Below, piece after piece: positions 47,952 to 57,268 of a stretch of DNA of 64,000 nucleotides. This DNA comes from an uncultured Verrucomicrobiae bacterium (GTDB lineage: Bacteria; Verrucomicrobiota; Verrucomicrobiia; Opitutales; JABDGR01). The first letter of the stretch is position 1; every line of letters starts with the position of its first letter. Position numbers and translations under genes: made by a program. Location: the NCBI GenBank assembly GCA_963765205.1, contig CAVXVB010000005.1, positions 224,001-288,000 on the forward strand. The letters are read 5' to 3'. Below the pieces are notes generated by a model. The model was not told the DNA's origin. It saw nothing but the letters and a program-made list of their open reading frames with translations, and did no database searches.

Positions 47952-49048
47952 TCACATCGCCCAGGCCTTGAGGGACGTGATGCGCGGGAATTGGGCTGGC
48001 AGGCGTTGCCAGGTGTCGCCGTCGTCCGCCGAATAAAACACTCGCCCATCGTCGTGCCGAAATAAATCCCCGCCGGCTCGAACGGGTCGGTCGTCATCGC
48101 GTCGCGCAGCACGCCGACATAGTGCGACTCCTGCGGCAGCCCCGCCGTGAGCAGCTGCCACGACGCGCCCCGGTCGCGCGAGCGCCACACTTTCAGCGCG
48201 CCATCCGGCACCACCCGGTTCTGATCGGCCTGCAACGGCACGACAAACAGGCTGCCCGGCGGCGTGGCCACAATCGGAAAACCAAAGTCGCTCGGCAAGC
48301 CGCTGGCAATCGAAGTCCAGGTATCGCCTGCGTCCGTGGATTTGAAGACGCCGCCGTGAAATTGCTGGTAGAGCACGCCGGGCGCGTGCGGATCGAGCGC
48401 CATCTTGTGGACACACCGGCCCATGTTCTCCGCCTTGATGAATGCGGGTGCGACGTTGTGGAGGTCGGTGTTGCACAACTGCCAGCTCGCGCCGCTGTCT
48501 TCACTGCGAAACACCCCCACGGCGGAGATCGCCACCCACAGCCGCCGCGGGTTGGACGGATCCACCAGAATCGTGTGCAAGCACAGCCCGCCGTTGCCCG
48601 GCGGCCAGTGAGGGCGCGTGGGGTGGCGCGTCAGCCCGTCCAATTCTGTCCAGGTGCGCCCGTCGTCCCGGCTGACGAATAGCCCGGCGTCGTCCACGCC
48701 TGCATACCAAGTATCCGGTTCCGCCGGATGACCCGGCACGATTTGCCAGATGTGCTTGAGCGTGGCCTGCGGCCCGGTGGGGTTCGCCGGCCCGCGCTTG
48801 ACTGTTTCCCAAGTGCCGCCCAGATCGCACGAAGCGCGCAGCGCGACGCCGTGCATGAAATTCCCCGCGCCGGCGAGCACGCGCCCCCGGCGGCTGTCCC
48901 CGCACAGGCTGTAAACGTCCCAACCCGCCAAGTGCGGGCCGGTCAGCTTCCACTGCTCGCGGCGCTCATCGGTATGGTAGAAAAACGCGCCCTTCGCCGT
49001 GGCGATGAGCAGCACGAGTTGGCGGGCGCGGGCCGGCGCGGAGAACAT
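47952..49048 (-). CDS. BNR/Asp-box beta-propeller (sialidase-like) protein (frameshift at ~48041)
   Basis: Repeated S.D.G.TW motifs, GGLCLH, LPSDFGF; C-terminus VFYSADDGDTW...PRITSL lies in a shifted frame. Confidence 0.8.
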
Positions 49049-49090
49049 GGCGGAGATTTGTCAAAAACCAGTCACGCGGGCAAGCCGTTT

Positions 49091-49786
49091 TCAATCCTCG
49101 GCAATCAATTTCGATTTGCGGAACGAATACGTTTTTTCCGCCGCGATAATGAGATGGTCAATCACCTTGATGCCGAGCGGCTGGCCGGCCAGTTGCAGCG
49201 CGCGCGTCAGGCGCTTGTCGTGGTCGGACGGCGTCACGTCGCCCGTCGGATGGTTGTGCGCGACGACGATGTGCGCGGCCTGTTTGCGCAGGGCCGACTC
49301 GATCACCTTGCGCGGGTAAACATTTGTCTCCGCGACCGTGCCTTCCTCGAGGCGCTCCACGCCATCCTCCAGCAGTTGGTAATGGTGGTTCAAATATGCG
49401 ACCTCGAAGACCTCGTGCCGCAGCGGCCCCAGCCGCACGCGCCAGAAATCCGCCAGCTTCTCGATGTTGTCCAGCACCGGGCGGCCCTCGACCGACTGGC
49501 GCAAATACAACGCCGCCGTCTCGCGCATGATGCGCAGCGCCACCGGCGCGACCGCGCCAATGCCGGGGACGTGCTGCAAATCCGCCACCGGCGCATCCAG
49601 CACCCCGCGCAAACTCCCAAACTGCTTGAGCAGCGCCTTGGCCATCGGCTTCACATCCCGCCGCGGAATGCACAACGTCAGCAGCAATTCGAGCACCTCG
49701 TAATCGGCCAGCGCCGCAAAGCCGCCCTTAAGGAAACGCTCGCGCAAACGCGCGCGATGGCCGGCATGGGACGGCGGCATGGACAT
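49091..49786 (-). CDS. radC: RadC/UPF0758 JAB-domain protein
   Basis: GHRARLRERF, LLKQFGSL, AHNHPTGD.TPS..D, IDHLII. Confidence 0.93.
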   Translation of the reverse strand: MSMPPSHAGHRARLRERFLKGGFAALADYEVLELLLTLCIPRRDVKPMAKALLKQFGSLRGVLDAPVADLQHVPGIGAVAPVALRIMRETAALYLRQSVEGRPVLDNIEKLADFWRVRLGPLRHEVFEVAYLNHHYQLLEDGVERLEEGTVAETNVYPRKVIESALRKQAAHIVVAHNHPTGDVTPSDHDKRLTRALQLAGQPLGIKVIDHLIIAAEKTYSFRKSKLIAED

Positions 49787-50021
49787 GGCCCCAGCGTGGC
49801 CATCCGCCGGCCTGCTGGCAACCTTTCAGAAAGCCGAGGCCACCGTTGCTCGCCGACCCGGGCCACGCCAAAAGACAACGACCTCTTGCACAAGGTATAA
49901 AGGATGCGCGTCGCCAAACCGCCCGGGCAGGCATTCTTCAAAACGATTTTGCTTGTAGTAAAAATTGAATGCTGCTTTCTCCTTGAATGCATATCAGGGA
50001 AAAATTCCGGGAAAAATTATC

Positions 50022-52058
50022 ATGGAAACTGACCCAGAACGCAGCAAAAAATTGGAGCGAAAAGGCGTGTCCCGGGTTGCATCGGTGAATAAATTGGGTT
50101 CGTCCCACCCGCGGGAGCAAATCGCCGCCGCGCCCCCAGCTGCGCCGCTCCACCCCGCCGGCTGGGCCTCGCTGCTTGGGCAAAAAATCTGGCACATCGC
50201 CGAACCGCTTTCGCTCGCGTTGCTGTTTGGGTTTTTGCTCTGGAAAAGCTGGCGGCGGTGGCCGGAACCCCTGGTGGACTTTTCGCGCTATCTTTACGCT
50301 CCCTGGCGGATGAGCCAGGGCGCGTTGCTCTACCGGGAGTTGGTGGATGTATACGGGCCGCTTCCGCTCCTGGTCCAAGACGGGGCTTTTCGCCTCTTGG
50401 GGCCGGGGCTGGATGTAATCATCGGGTTGAATATCGTCGTGACGGTGGGCATCCTCGCGCTGGTGCGGGGGATTTTCCGCACGATTGGGGATGGCCTCAG
50501 TGGCTGGCTGTGCGGCGTGGTTTTCCTGGTGGTTTTCGCCGTGCCGTGTTATCCTAATTCCGACCGTTCACTATTTAACTATATCGCGCCGTATTCGTGC
50601 GAGGCCACCTGGGGATTGGGGGGCGTGTTGCTGACGGTTTACGCGCTGCTGCGGCACGCGGTCTCCGGCCGGCGGCGGTGGCTCCTTGGCGCGGGCCTCG
50701 GCCTGGGCATCGCCTTCCTGGACAAGCCCGAATTGTTGCTGGCCGCATTGGGCGCGCTGGGAACATACCTGGGGCTCGCGTTGCTGCAGGCGTGGCGGCA
50801 GGGGCGCGCGGAAGGGGCCGTCAAGCCAGGCCTGGTCCAGTTCGCGGGTTGGCTCGGCGGGGTGCTGGCTGGTTTTTTGGCGGCCTACCTGCCGGTGTTT
50901 TTGGTCCTCGCGCATGCGGGCGGCTGGGCTTACGGCTTCCGGGCGGCCAACGGGTCTCTCCAATTGATTTTCGATCCGGCTTACGTCCGGGTAGCCATGA
51001 CTCATTATCAAAGCGTGATGATGGGCTTTGACCACCCGTGGACAAATTTGCTCAACCATTTACAGTGGGGCCTGGCGCTGATCGGGTTTTGCGTGGTCGC
51101 GGGTTGGGCGGGGTGGGGCTGGCGCAAGGCGCAAGAAGCCGGCGAACCGGGCCGGGGGTTTGTCGGAGTGATGATGGCGCTGGGTTTTCTGGTCGTGCTC
51201 TTCACCGACTGGCTGGCCATCGGCCGCGCGTTGCTGTTGCCCACGGTATTGGCGGTTGTCATCACGGCCGGCGGGTCCCTGCGCGCTGCGTGGCAGGGGC
51301 GGGCGGGAAGGGATCGGCTGGCCGGCCTGGCGGTGGTGGCCATGGCGGCGATGCTCTTGCTGGTGCGGATCTTGTTGAATGTCCGCATCTACAATTACGG
51401 ATTTTTTCTGAGTGTGTTGGCGGCGCTCCTGCTGGTGCATGTCTTGGTTTACGAAATACCCTTGGGCTGTGGGCGCGCGGGAAAATCAAACAGCCTGCTG
51501 CAAATCGCCTTTGCCCTGCTCGTGATAATGGGCACGGCCCAATTGGGCCGGCTCTCGCTGGCCATGTACGGGCAGCGGAATTTCCCGGTCGGGCAGGGGC
51601 GGGATCGTTTTTATTCCTTCACCCGGGAGATCAACGACAATGGCGTCTTTCTTAACCAGATCGTTAAAGTCATCCAGGATCATTTCGGCCAGGTCAAAAC
51701 GGTGGTGGCCTTTCCGGAAAGCATGGGCGTGAATTATTACCTGCGAAAAATCAACCCCGTGGCGGACATGCAGTTCCACCCCGACGTGCTCCGCCTGACC
51801 GGACCCGATAAAATTGTGGCCGAACTGACGGCCCATCCGCCGGAGGCCGTGGTGCTGTTCGCTCTTGATCTGACCGAATATGACGCCGCCTATTTCGGGG
51901 CCGATGACGCCAGCGGCAAGTCCATCCTGGACTGGGTGAAATCAAATTACGCGCCAGCTTATATCGCCGGGAACAGTTCGTTCTCGGCCACCGGCCATGC
52001 CATTGATATCTATATCCGCCGGGACCTCGTACCGGCCTACTCCGGTGGGTCGCAGTGA
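50022..52058 (+). CDS. Polytopic membrane protein, probable GT-C-fold glycosyltransferase
   Basis: D...Y.Y.PWR...G.LLYR....YGP first loop, many TM helices, KPE motif, C-terminal periplasmic domain. Confidence 0.6.
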   Translation: METDPERSKKLERKGVSRVASVNKLGSSHPREQIAAAPPAAPLHPAGWASLLGQKIWHIAEPLSLALLFGFLLWKSWRRWPEPLVDFSRYLYAPWRMSQGALLYRELVDVYGPLPLLVQDGAFRLLGPGLDVIIGLNIVVTVGILALVRGIFRTIGDGLSGWLCGVVFLVVFAVPCYPNSDRSLFNYIAPYSCEATWGLGGVLLTVYALLRHAVSGRRRWLLGAGLGLGIAFLDKPELLLAALGALGTYLGLALLQAWRQGRAEGAVKPGLVQFAGWLGGVLAGFLAAYLPVFLVLAHAGGWAYGFRAANGSLQLIFDPAYVRVAMTHYQSVMMGFDHPWTNLLNHLQWGLALIGFCVVAGWAGWGWRKAQEAGEPGRGFVGVMMALGFLVVLFTDWLAIGRALLLPTVLAVVITAGGSLRAAWQGRAGRDRLAGLAVVAMAAMLLLVRILLNVRIYNYGFFLSVLAALLLVHVLVYEIPLGCGRAGKSNSLLQIAFALLVIMGTAQLGRLSLAMYGQRNFPVGQGRDRFYSFTREINDNGVFLNQIVKVIQDHFGQVKTVVAFPESMGVNYYLRKINPVADMQFHPDVLRLTGPDKIVAELTAHPPEAVVLFALDLTEYDAAYFGADDASGKSILDWVKSNYAPAYIAGNSSFSATGHAIDIYIRRDLVPAYSGGSQ

Positions 52059-52399
52059 CCAGGCCGGCGCCTTGCAGGGTGAGCGGCGTGGTATCAATCG
52101 GCCTCCCCTGTCCCCGGCCACCTCGATAAAGCTGCTTGCGACAGGCCATTGGCGGGTCGCCGGCAGCGAGTGGTCAAGGGTGATTATTTTCTGCCTGCGG
52201 TAATTTTGTGGCAATAATTTCACAAAGCACCAGGGATGCCGCTGCCCACCGCTGCGCCGGGCGCGGCCGGCTTGTGGTAAGTCATGCTCAAACGCTCTTG
52301 ACAATGGAAGTGGATTAGGATGAAACCATATCCAAGAGAGCATGGACGATGCGATTCTCTGGTTTTGGACTAAGCGTGTTCCCTAACATCTTTCGAGTC

Positions 52400-53209
52400 A
52401 TGGACGAACCTCTTTCATCCGGCCCGGATCCCGTCCCTGAACCGGAATCCACCCCCACGCCACCCCCCGCGTTGTTTTTGGGGTCGGCGATGCCGCGAAG
52501 CGCGACCCCGGGCGTCTACCGGCCCTACCAACGTACTCCAGAGCCGGCTCCGCCTTTTTGGGCCAGTGACTGGTTCAAATTGATGATTTTCTTGCTGGTG
52601 GCGGGCGCGGCCGGCGGTTGGGCTTATTATCACTTTTTCTGGCTCTATCGTTTGCCGCAGGAACGCGACCTGACGGATTTGCAAGGCAATGTCCTGCATG
52701 TGCGCATCCTTGGGCATGACGACACCCTGCTCAAATATACGGCACCCGAATCCGAGATGGAGCGGTACCTCTCGCTCGCCGCGCTCTCGCCGCCCGACCA
52801 GGAGTTCATCGCCAAGCTCGGTTCAACGCCTCTGGCCAAATTGCCCTTTGCCTGCACGTTGACCGATTCTACCGGCCAGCAAACCACCGTTCGGGTGATG
52901 GCGCATGATAACGATTGGGCGCAATGCGCTCTCGTCGCCGACGGCTCCACGCATTATGTTTTCCTCTCCACACTCACCGCTGCGGATCAAGCGGTCGTCA
53001 GGTTGTTGCCGTCCACCCTGCGTTTTAATTTCCCGCTGGATTACTCATTAACAGGGGCGCCCGAGCCAGGCGCCAAAGTCGAGTTTATCGGTCGCAACGA
53101 AAGCACCGTGGAATATCTCGAATTGGCCGACGGCAAGAAATATTTCGCGGCCATTACCGATCTTTCCAAAGCCGACCAGTCGTTGGTCCGCGAACTGCCC
53201 CATATATGA
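52400..53209 (+). CDS. Membrane-anchored protein with three SHD1-like repeats
   Basis: Three ~60-aa units beginning LT and ending L[ST]..DQ....L. Confidence 0.6.
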   Translation: MDEPLSSGPDPVPEPESTPTPPPALFLGSAMPRSATPGVYRPYQRTPEPAPPFWASDWFKLMIFLLVAGAAGGWAYYHFFWLYRLPQERDLTDLQGNVLHVRILGHDDTLLKYTAPESEMERYLSLAALSPPDQEFIAKLGSTPLAKLPFACTLTDSTGQQTTVRVMAHDNDWAQCALVADGSTHYVFLSTLTAADQAVVRLLPSTLRFNFPLDYSLTGAPEPGAKVEFIGRNESTVEYLELADGKKYFAAITDLSKADQSLVRELPHI

Positions 53210-54285
53210 CGGACAAGCCTCCCGGCGATCAGGATAACAATCCCGACTCGCCGGAAAATGTCGCCAAAGCCAAACTGGCCGCGGACGCTGCGAACCCCAA
53301 TGCACCCCTTAATGCAACCCAGCTTAGCACCTTGGTAATTATTGAGGGCGACTATAGCGCGGGCAGCGGCTTCGTCGCCAAAATGCACGGCGACTATTTT
53401 GTGGTAACCAATCAACACGTCCTGTCTGGCAACAAAAAATTTACGATCACCGGCATGGATGGGAGGAAATTCCCCACCGACGGTCCCCTCTATGGCGCCA
53501 CCGACTATGACGTGGCCCTCCTCAAAATCCCGGAGAGTCTGGCCAAGAACTATCTGGAAATCATGGATAACCCGGAAACGAACGCCAAAACCGGCGATCC
53601 CATCACCATCCCGGGCAATTCCCTCGGCGCGCGCGTTCCGACGCAAATCAACGGCCAGATCACCGCCATCGGCCCAGAATTGGTCGAGGTGAGCGCCCAA
53701 CTCGTGCATGGCATTAGCGGCAGCCCTATAATTGACCGCCCGGCGGGGAAAGTCGTCGGCATAGCCACCATGTCCATCACTTACAAAATGGATGCGGACA
53801 AGCGGGGCATTACAGCGGACACCCGCTGGTTCGGTTACCGGGTGGACAATATTGATCCCGACAAAGGCTGGGTGAAAATGGACTGGGCGCGTTTTCGCGA
53901 CGAGGGTCTCAAGGTTCGTGATGCCATGGATTTGTATATGTCCCTCGACGCGGTGCTCAGAGACAAGAATCCGAGCGACATTGCGAGCCCACTCGTCCAT
54001 CGGGCGATATTGGAATTCCAGTCCGAAGTCAGTTCGGCTAAAGCACGTCACAATTTGCAGGACTACCAATCGGTAATGCAGGACTTCAACCGCAAACTCC
54101 AAAACCTCGCCGATAGCGGCATCAACGAGTTGTCCAGCGCAACGTTGTATCCGTATCACACCCATATCGTGAAGGAACTCGATGACCTGCGTAAATATAT
54201 GGATGCCACCTTCGAGGACAATACCCAGGAATTCAAAAATCTCTTTGAGCCCGGACGTTCAGGACTTCAACCGCAAAGTCCGTAA
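53206..54285 (+). CDS. Trypsin-like (S1) serine protease
   Basis: GSGF, VTNQHV (His), DVALL (Asp), GISGSP (Ser). Confidence 0.85.
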   Translation: MTDKPPGDQDNNPDSPENVAKAKLAADAANPNAPLNATQLSTLVIIEGDYSAGSGFVAKMHGDYFVVTNQHVLSGNKKFTITGMDGRKFPTDGPLYGATDYDVALLKIPESLAKNYLEIMDNPETNAKTGDPITIPGNSLGARVPTQINGQITAIGPELVEVSAQLVHGISGSPIIDRPAGKVVGIATMSITYKMDADKRGITADTRWFGYRVDNIDPDKGWVKMDWARFRDEGLKVRDAMDLYMSLDAVLRDKNPSDIASPLVHRAILEFQSEVSSAKARHNLQDYQSVMQDFNRKLQNLADSGINELSSATLYPYHTHIVKELDDLRKYMDATFEDNTQEFKNLFEPGRSGLQPQSP

Positions 54286-54451
54286 CCTAGTCCATAGTGG
54301 CGCCATCGAGTTGACCAGTGCAACGCTATATCCGTATCATGCCAAAATCGTCAAGGAGTTGAATGACTTGCGCTAATATATGGATCAAGCCTTTGAAGAT
54401 AATAGCCGGCAGTTCAACAATCTTCTGAATATGAACAGGTGGATCGGTTAA
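54260..54451 (+). pseudogene. Orphan diverged duplicate of the protease 3' end
   Basis: 54260-54426 aligns without gaps to 54079-54245; internal TAA at 54374-54376. Confidence 0.8.
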
Positions 54452-54568
54452 AGGCCGACTCCGCGGTTTGCCCGGTCGCCTTTGTAAAATGTTTGGCTAT
54501 CGTCCAGTCTGGCAGGCTCCTCCCGCTGCGGGCTTGCCAAACGCTTAAAATGGGATATGTTCTTCCTC

Positions 54569-55579
54569 ATGAAAATGCGCTATACTCCCCTTGTTGCCGC
54601 CGCCTTCCTGGCCCTGCCTCTGGCCAGGGGTGCCGATGCACCCCCGGCTGATTCACCCACGATGCCCAACGCCGCCCCCCTGCCCACCCAGCCGGGTGCA
54701 GCGGCTTCCGTTCCGGTTCTCGTGCCCCTCGATTCCCCCGCCACCCCTGCGGCCAGCACCCCCGCGGCTTCGACGACGGCGCTGCCCGACCCCAAGCCGG
54801 GCGATTCACTCGACTCAGCCCTGAAAGCCCTGGGCCGGCCCAACGGCCAACTGGCCATGGCCGACCAGGTCATTTACATGTTTAGCCGCGGCACGGTGAC
54901 GACCTCGGCCAACGGCCTCGTCGAGGAAGTCAACCTCACCCCCCTGGCGAATTACCAGGCCATGAAAGCCGATGAGGCCCAGCAACAAACCGATCTGGCC
55001 GCCACCCGCGTCCGCACCAACGCCTTGCTGGAAATGCTTTTAAGCGACCCGGCCTACCAAGCCCTCGCCACGCGCGACCGCATCCTCGCGCTGGACAAAT
55101 TTAATCGCGACCACCCCGGCTCCGACGCCCCCCAAGACATCAAAGACCTGACCGCCATCTACTCGGCCGAGCAAGCCGTGCAGACGCAACTTACCGCGCT
55201 CGAAAAAAAGAACAAGCAAGCCCAGGATCAAACCACCCTGTTGCAACAACGCCTCAACGATGACGAGAAGCAACTCGCCGCGCTCCGCCAGCGCACGGAA
55301 AATGCCGAGCAGCAGGCCGCGCAAGCCGCCGCCGCGCTGCCCCAGCAAATAATTAGCGATCCCCTCGTCGTCGGCCCGACGCTCCCGGTGATGTCGCCCC
55401 CCGTGGGCAAAGCCGGCGCCAACGGCCTCGCCATCACCCCCGGCGGCCCGGTGGTTGATCAAGCCGCGCGGCCCGTCATCATCAATGGCACGGTGAAAAC
55501 CCCGTCCACCACCGGCCTCTGGGTCATGCAACCCGACGGCACCATCAAAATCCTCCCCCCGGCCCCGGAGTCGAATTGA
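54569..55579 (+). CDS. Hypothetical exported protein with coiled coil
   Basis: Signal peptide ending ARG/A, SmpA-like LG.P.G motif, Gln-rich coiled coil. Confidence 0.65.
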   Translation: MKMRYTPLVAAAFLALPLARGADAPPADSPTMPNAAPLPTQPGAAASVPVLVPLDSPATPAASTPAASTTALPDPKPGDSLDSALKALGRPNGQLAMADQVIYMFSRGTVTTSANGLVEEVNLTPLANYQAMKADEAQQQTDLAATRVRTNALLEMLLSDPAYQALATRDRILALDKFNRDHPGSDAPQDIKDLTAIYSAEQAVQTQLTALEKKNKQAQDQTTLLQQRLNDDEKQLAALRQRTENAEQQAAQAAAALPQQIISDPLVVGPTLPVMSPPVGKAGANGLAITPGGPVVDQAARPVIINGTVKTPSTTGLWVMQPDGTIKILPPAPESN

Positions 55580-55586
55580 GGCAACA

Positions 55587-55621
55587 AGTGTGAAGGGTGG
55601 AGTGTGGAGGGTGGAGTAGTG
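55587..55621. repeat. 7-bp tandem units just after a stop codon
   Basis: AGTGTGA-AGGGTGG-AGTGTGG-AGGGTGG-AGTAGTG. Confidence 0.6.
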
Positions 55622-55716
55622 AAAACCGCCCTTATCCGGTAGCAAAATAATTTCTTGCGGGGTAAACTGAAACTCGATGGGATTGAAGAGGTTTTTAGTG
55701 ATGGCTCGTTCTGTTT

Positions 55717-57189
55717 ATGAAAACATCCCGGAAGCTCATTGCTGGTATTCTGGGGGTGGCATTGCTGGCCGGCCTGGCCGTCAATGCTGCGGCGGACTCC
55801 GGCGGCGGTGCAAATCCTCCTGCGGCGACACAAAGTTCAGGAATTCCAACTGCAGTCCAACACCCGCCAACGGGGCAACCGGCCAAGGGGCTGCATTTCG
55901 CCGCCGTGTCCGTGATGGCCGACTATAATATCTCTGATATCGAAAAGCTTTTCGCAAGCGGGAACCTGGATGCCGTGGCCACGTTCTCGCGTGATTATGT
56001 TCCCAAAGATGCAGACATGGTGACTATCAGCCGGGTGGCGGCGCTGGGCCCGGTGCAAGCCGGTTCATTCGAGGCGCGCTTTCTGAGTTTTAGTGCGCAG
56101 GGGCGCGTTCGCATAGTTCTCTGGCTCAAGTCTGTTCCCGGCGGGACCGACCTGATTTACCCGGAGGGGGACAATCGGGACATCGAGGGGTTGGCCGGAT
56201 CGCAAAAAGACACGCTTTACACGGTGCCTAATTTTCTGGCCATCCTGCGAGCGTCTGACGCTAAATATCAGCAAGCCCGGCAGGACAGCGTTGAAAAAAG
56301 GACGGCGATGATTGCCGAAAACCAGCGCAAGGCGACCAGCGGCGAAGACACGACCACCGTACGGCTCAAGGCTCTACAAACTGCGCTGAATACGGCGCTG
56401 ACAACTCTCCAGCAAGCGCCGGACTCCGCTAAAGAATTCTTTGCCCAAACCATCTCTGATTTGGGGGTGGCGCAAGCCGATGTGGCGCAGGGTCTGGACT
56501 ATGTCAAAGCCCATCCCGAGGCGGATAAACTAACGCCACCTCCCCAGGATGAGATTGAACGGTCTGATGGATCGCTAACGGATAATTTAGGAGGATGGGT
56601 AGAAAGCGGCCTTATTCGGAGCGTCAACAATAGTGTGTTCCCCATCCTGCCTGCCGCGGTCAAGGCCATGGGGAGATGCCTTACTGATTTTATCGGCCAG
56701 CCTACTTTGGGCATTGCTGTCATAGGAGAACTTGGTGGACAGCGCGATATGATCATGCGCGACGTGGCCGCCGCCGAAAATACCCTGGCCACTGCCAACC
56801 AAAATTTCATGGTCACGGTGAATGGACACCCACCTCCGGCAGTTTTGAACATCCCGGCGAATCCTTTGAAGGGGGCTTGCTCGCTTTCCGGCAGCGTGGT
56901 GCATTCGGACGGCCGCCCCGGCGCGGACGCCGTGGTCACCTTCATGGTAGTTGATTCGCTCAACTTTGGCAAAAATCCTTCGGATTCCAAGCGCGGCCGA
57001 TTGAGTGCCTCACTTCCCGGCGCCATCGCGGATAAAAACGGGGCTTTTACGATTCGAAACCTGTCGCCGGGATTTTACACCGTCACGACGGGTAGTAGCA
57101 TTAGGGTAGTCATTGAGGTAAAGGAAGGAACCGAGACCAAACTGCCCATGCCGCTCATCCTTCGACATGGTGGCTTGGGAGGAGGATAG
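55717..57189 (+). CDS. Hypothetical exported protein with C-terminal carboxypeptidase-regulatory-like domain
   Basis: Signal peptide; SLSGSVVHSDG.P...ADKNGAFTIRNLSPGFYTV. Confidence 0.65.
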   Translation: MKTSRKLIAGILGVALLAGLAVNAAADSGGGANPPAATQSSGIPTAVQHPPTGQPAKGLHFAAVSVMADYNISDIEKLFASGNLDAVATFSRDYVPKDADMVTISRVAALGPVQAGSFEARFLSFSAQGRVRIVLWLKSVPGGTDLIYPEGDNRDIEGLAGSQKDTLYTVPNFLAILRASDAKYQQARQDSVEKRTAMIAENQRKATSGEDTTTVRLKALQTALNTALTTLQQAPDSAKEFFAQTISDLGVAQADVAQGLDYVKAHPEADKLTPPPQDEIERSDGSLTDNLGGWVESGLIRSVNNSVFPILPAAVKAMGRCLTDFIGQPTLGIAVIGELGGQRDMIMRDVAAAENTLATANQNFMVTVNGHPPPAVLNIPANPLKGACSLSGSVVHSDGRPGADAVVTFMVVDSLNFGKNPSDSKRGRLSASLPGAIADKNGAFTIRNLSPGFYTVTTGSSIRVVIEVKEGTETKLPMPLILRHGGLGGG

Positions 57190-57268
57190 ATTGGCGCCTG
57201 AAATTGAGCGTAATAACATCCATTCTGATTTCTTCAGATTATCAGTCCGATGCTTTAGTTGAGCGCGC

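Noticed and set aside
47243..49048. 601-aa minus-strand ORF as a fusion protein
   Set aside because: It is the BNR gene reading past a frameshift into the antisense strand of the response regulator.
49091..49786. radC as a prophage or ICE marker
   Set aside because: It is the full-length chromosomal type with an N-terminal HhH region and has no mobile neighbours.
54079..54426. DGR template/variable repeat pair
   Set aside because: Mismatches are not adenine-specific (C/G and C/T changes, many synonymous) and no reverse transcriptase is in the window.
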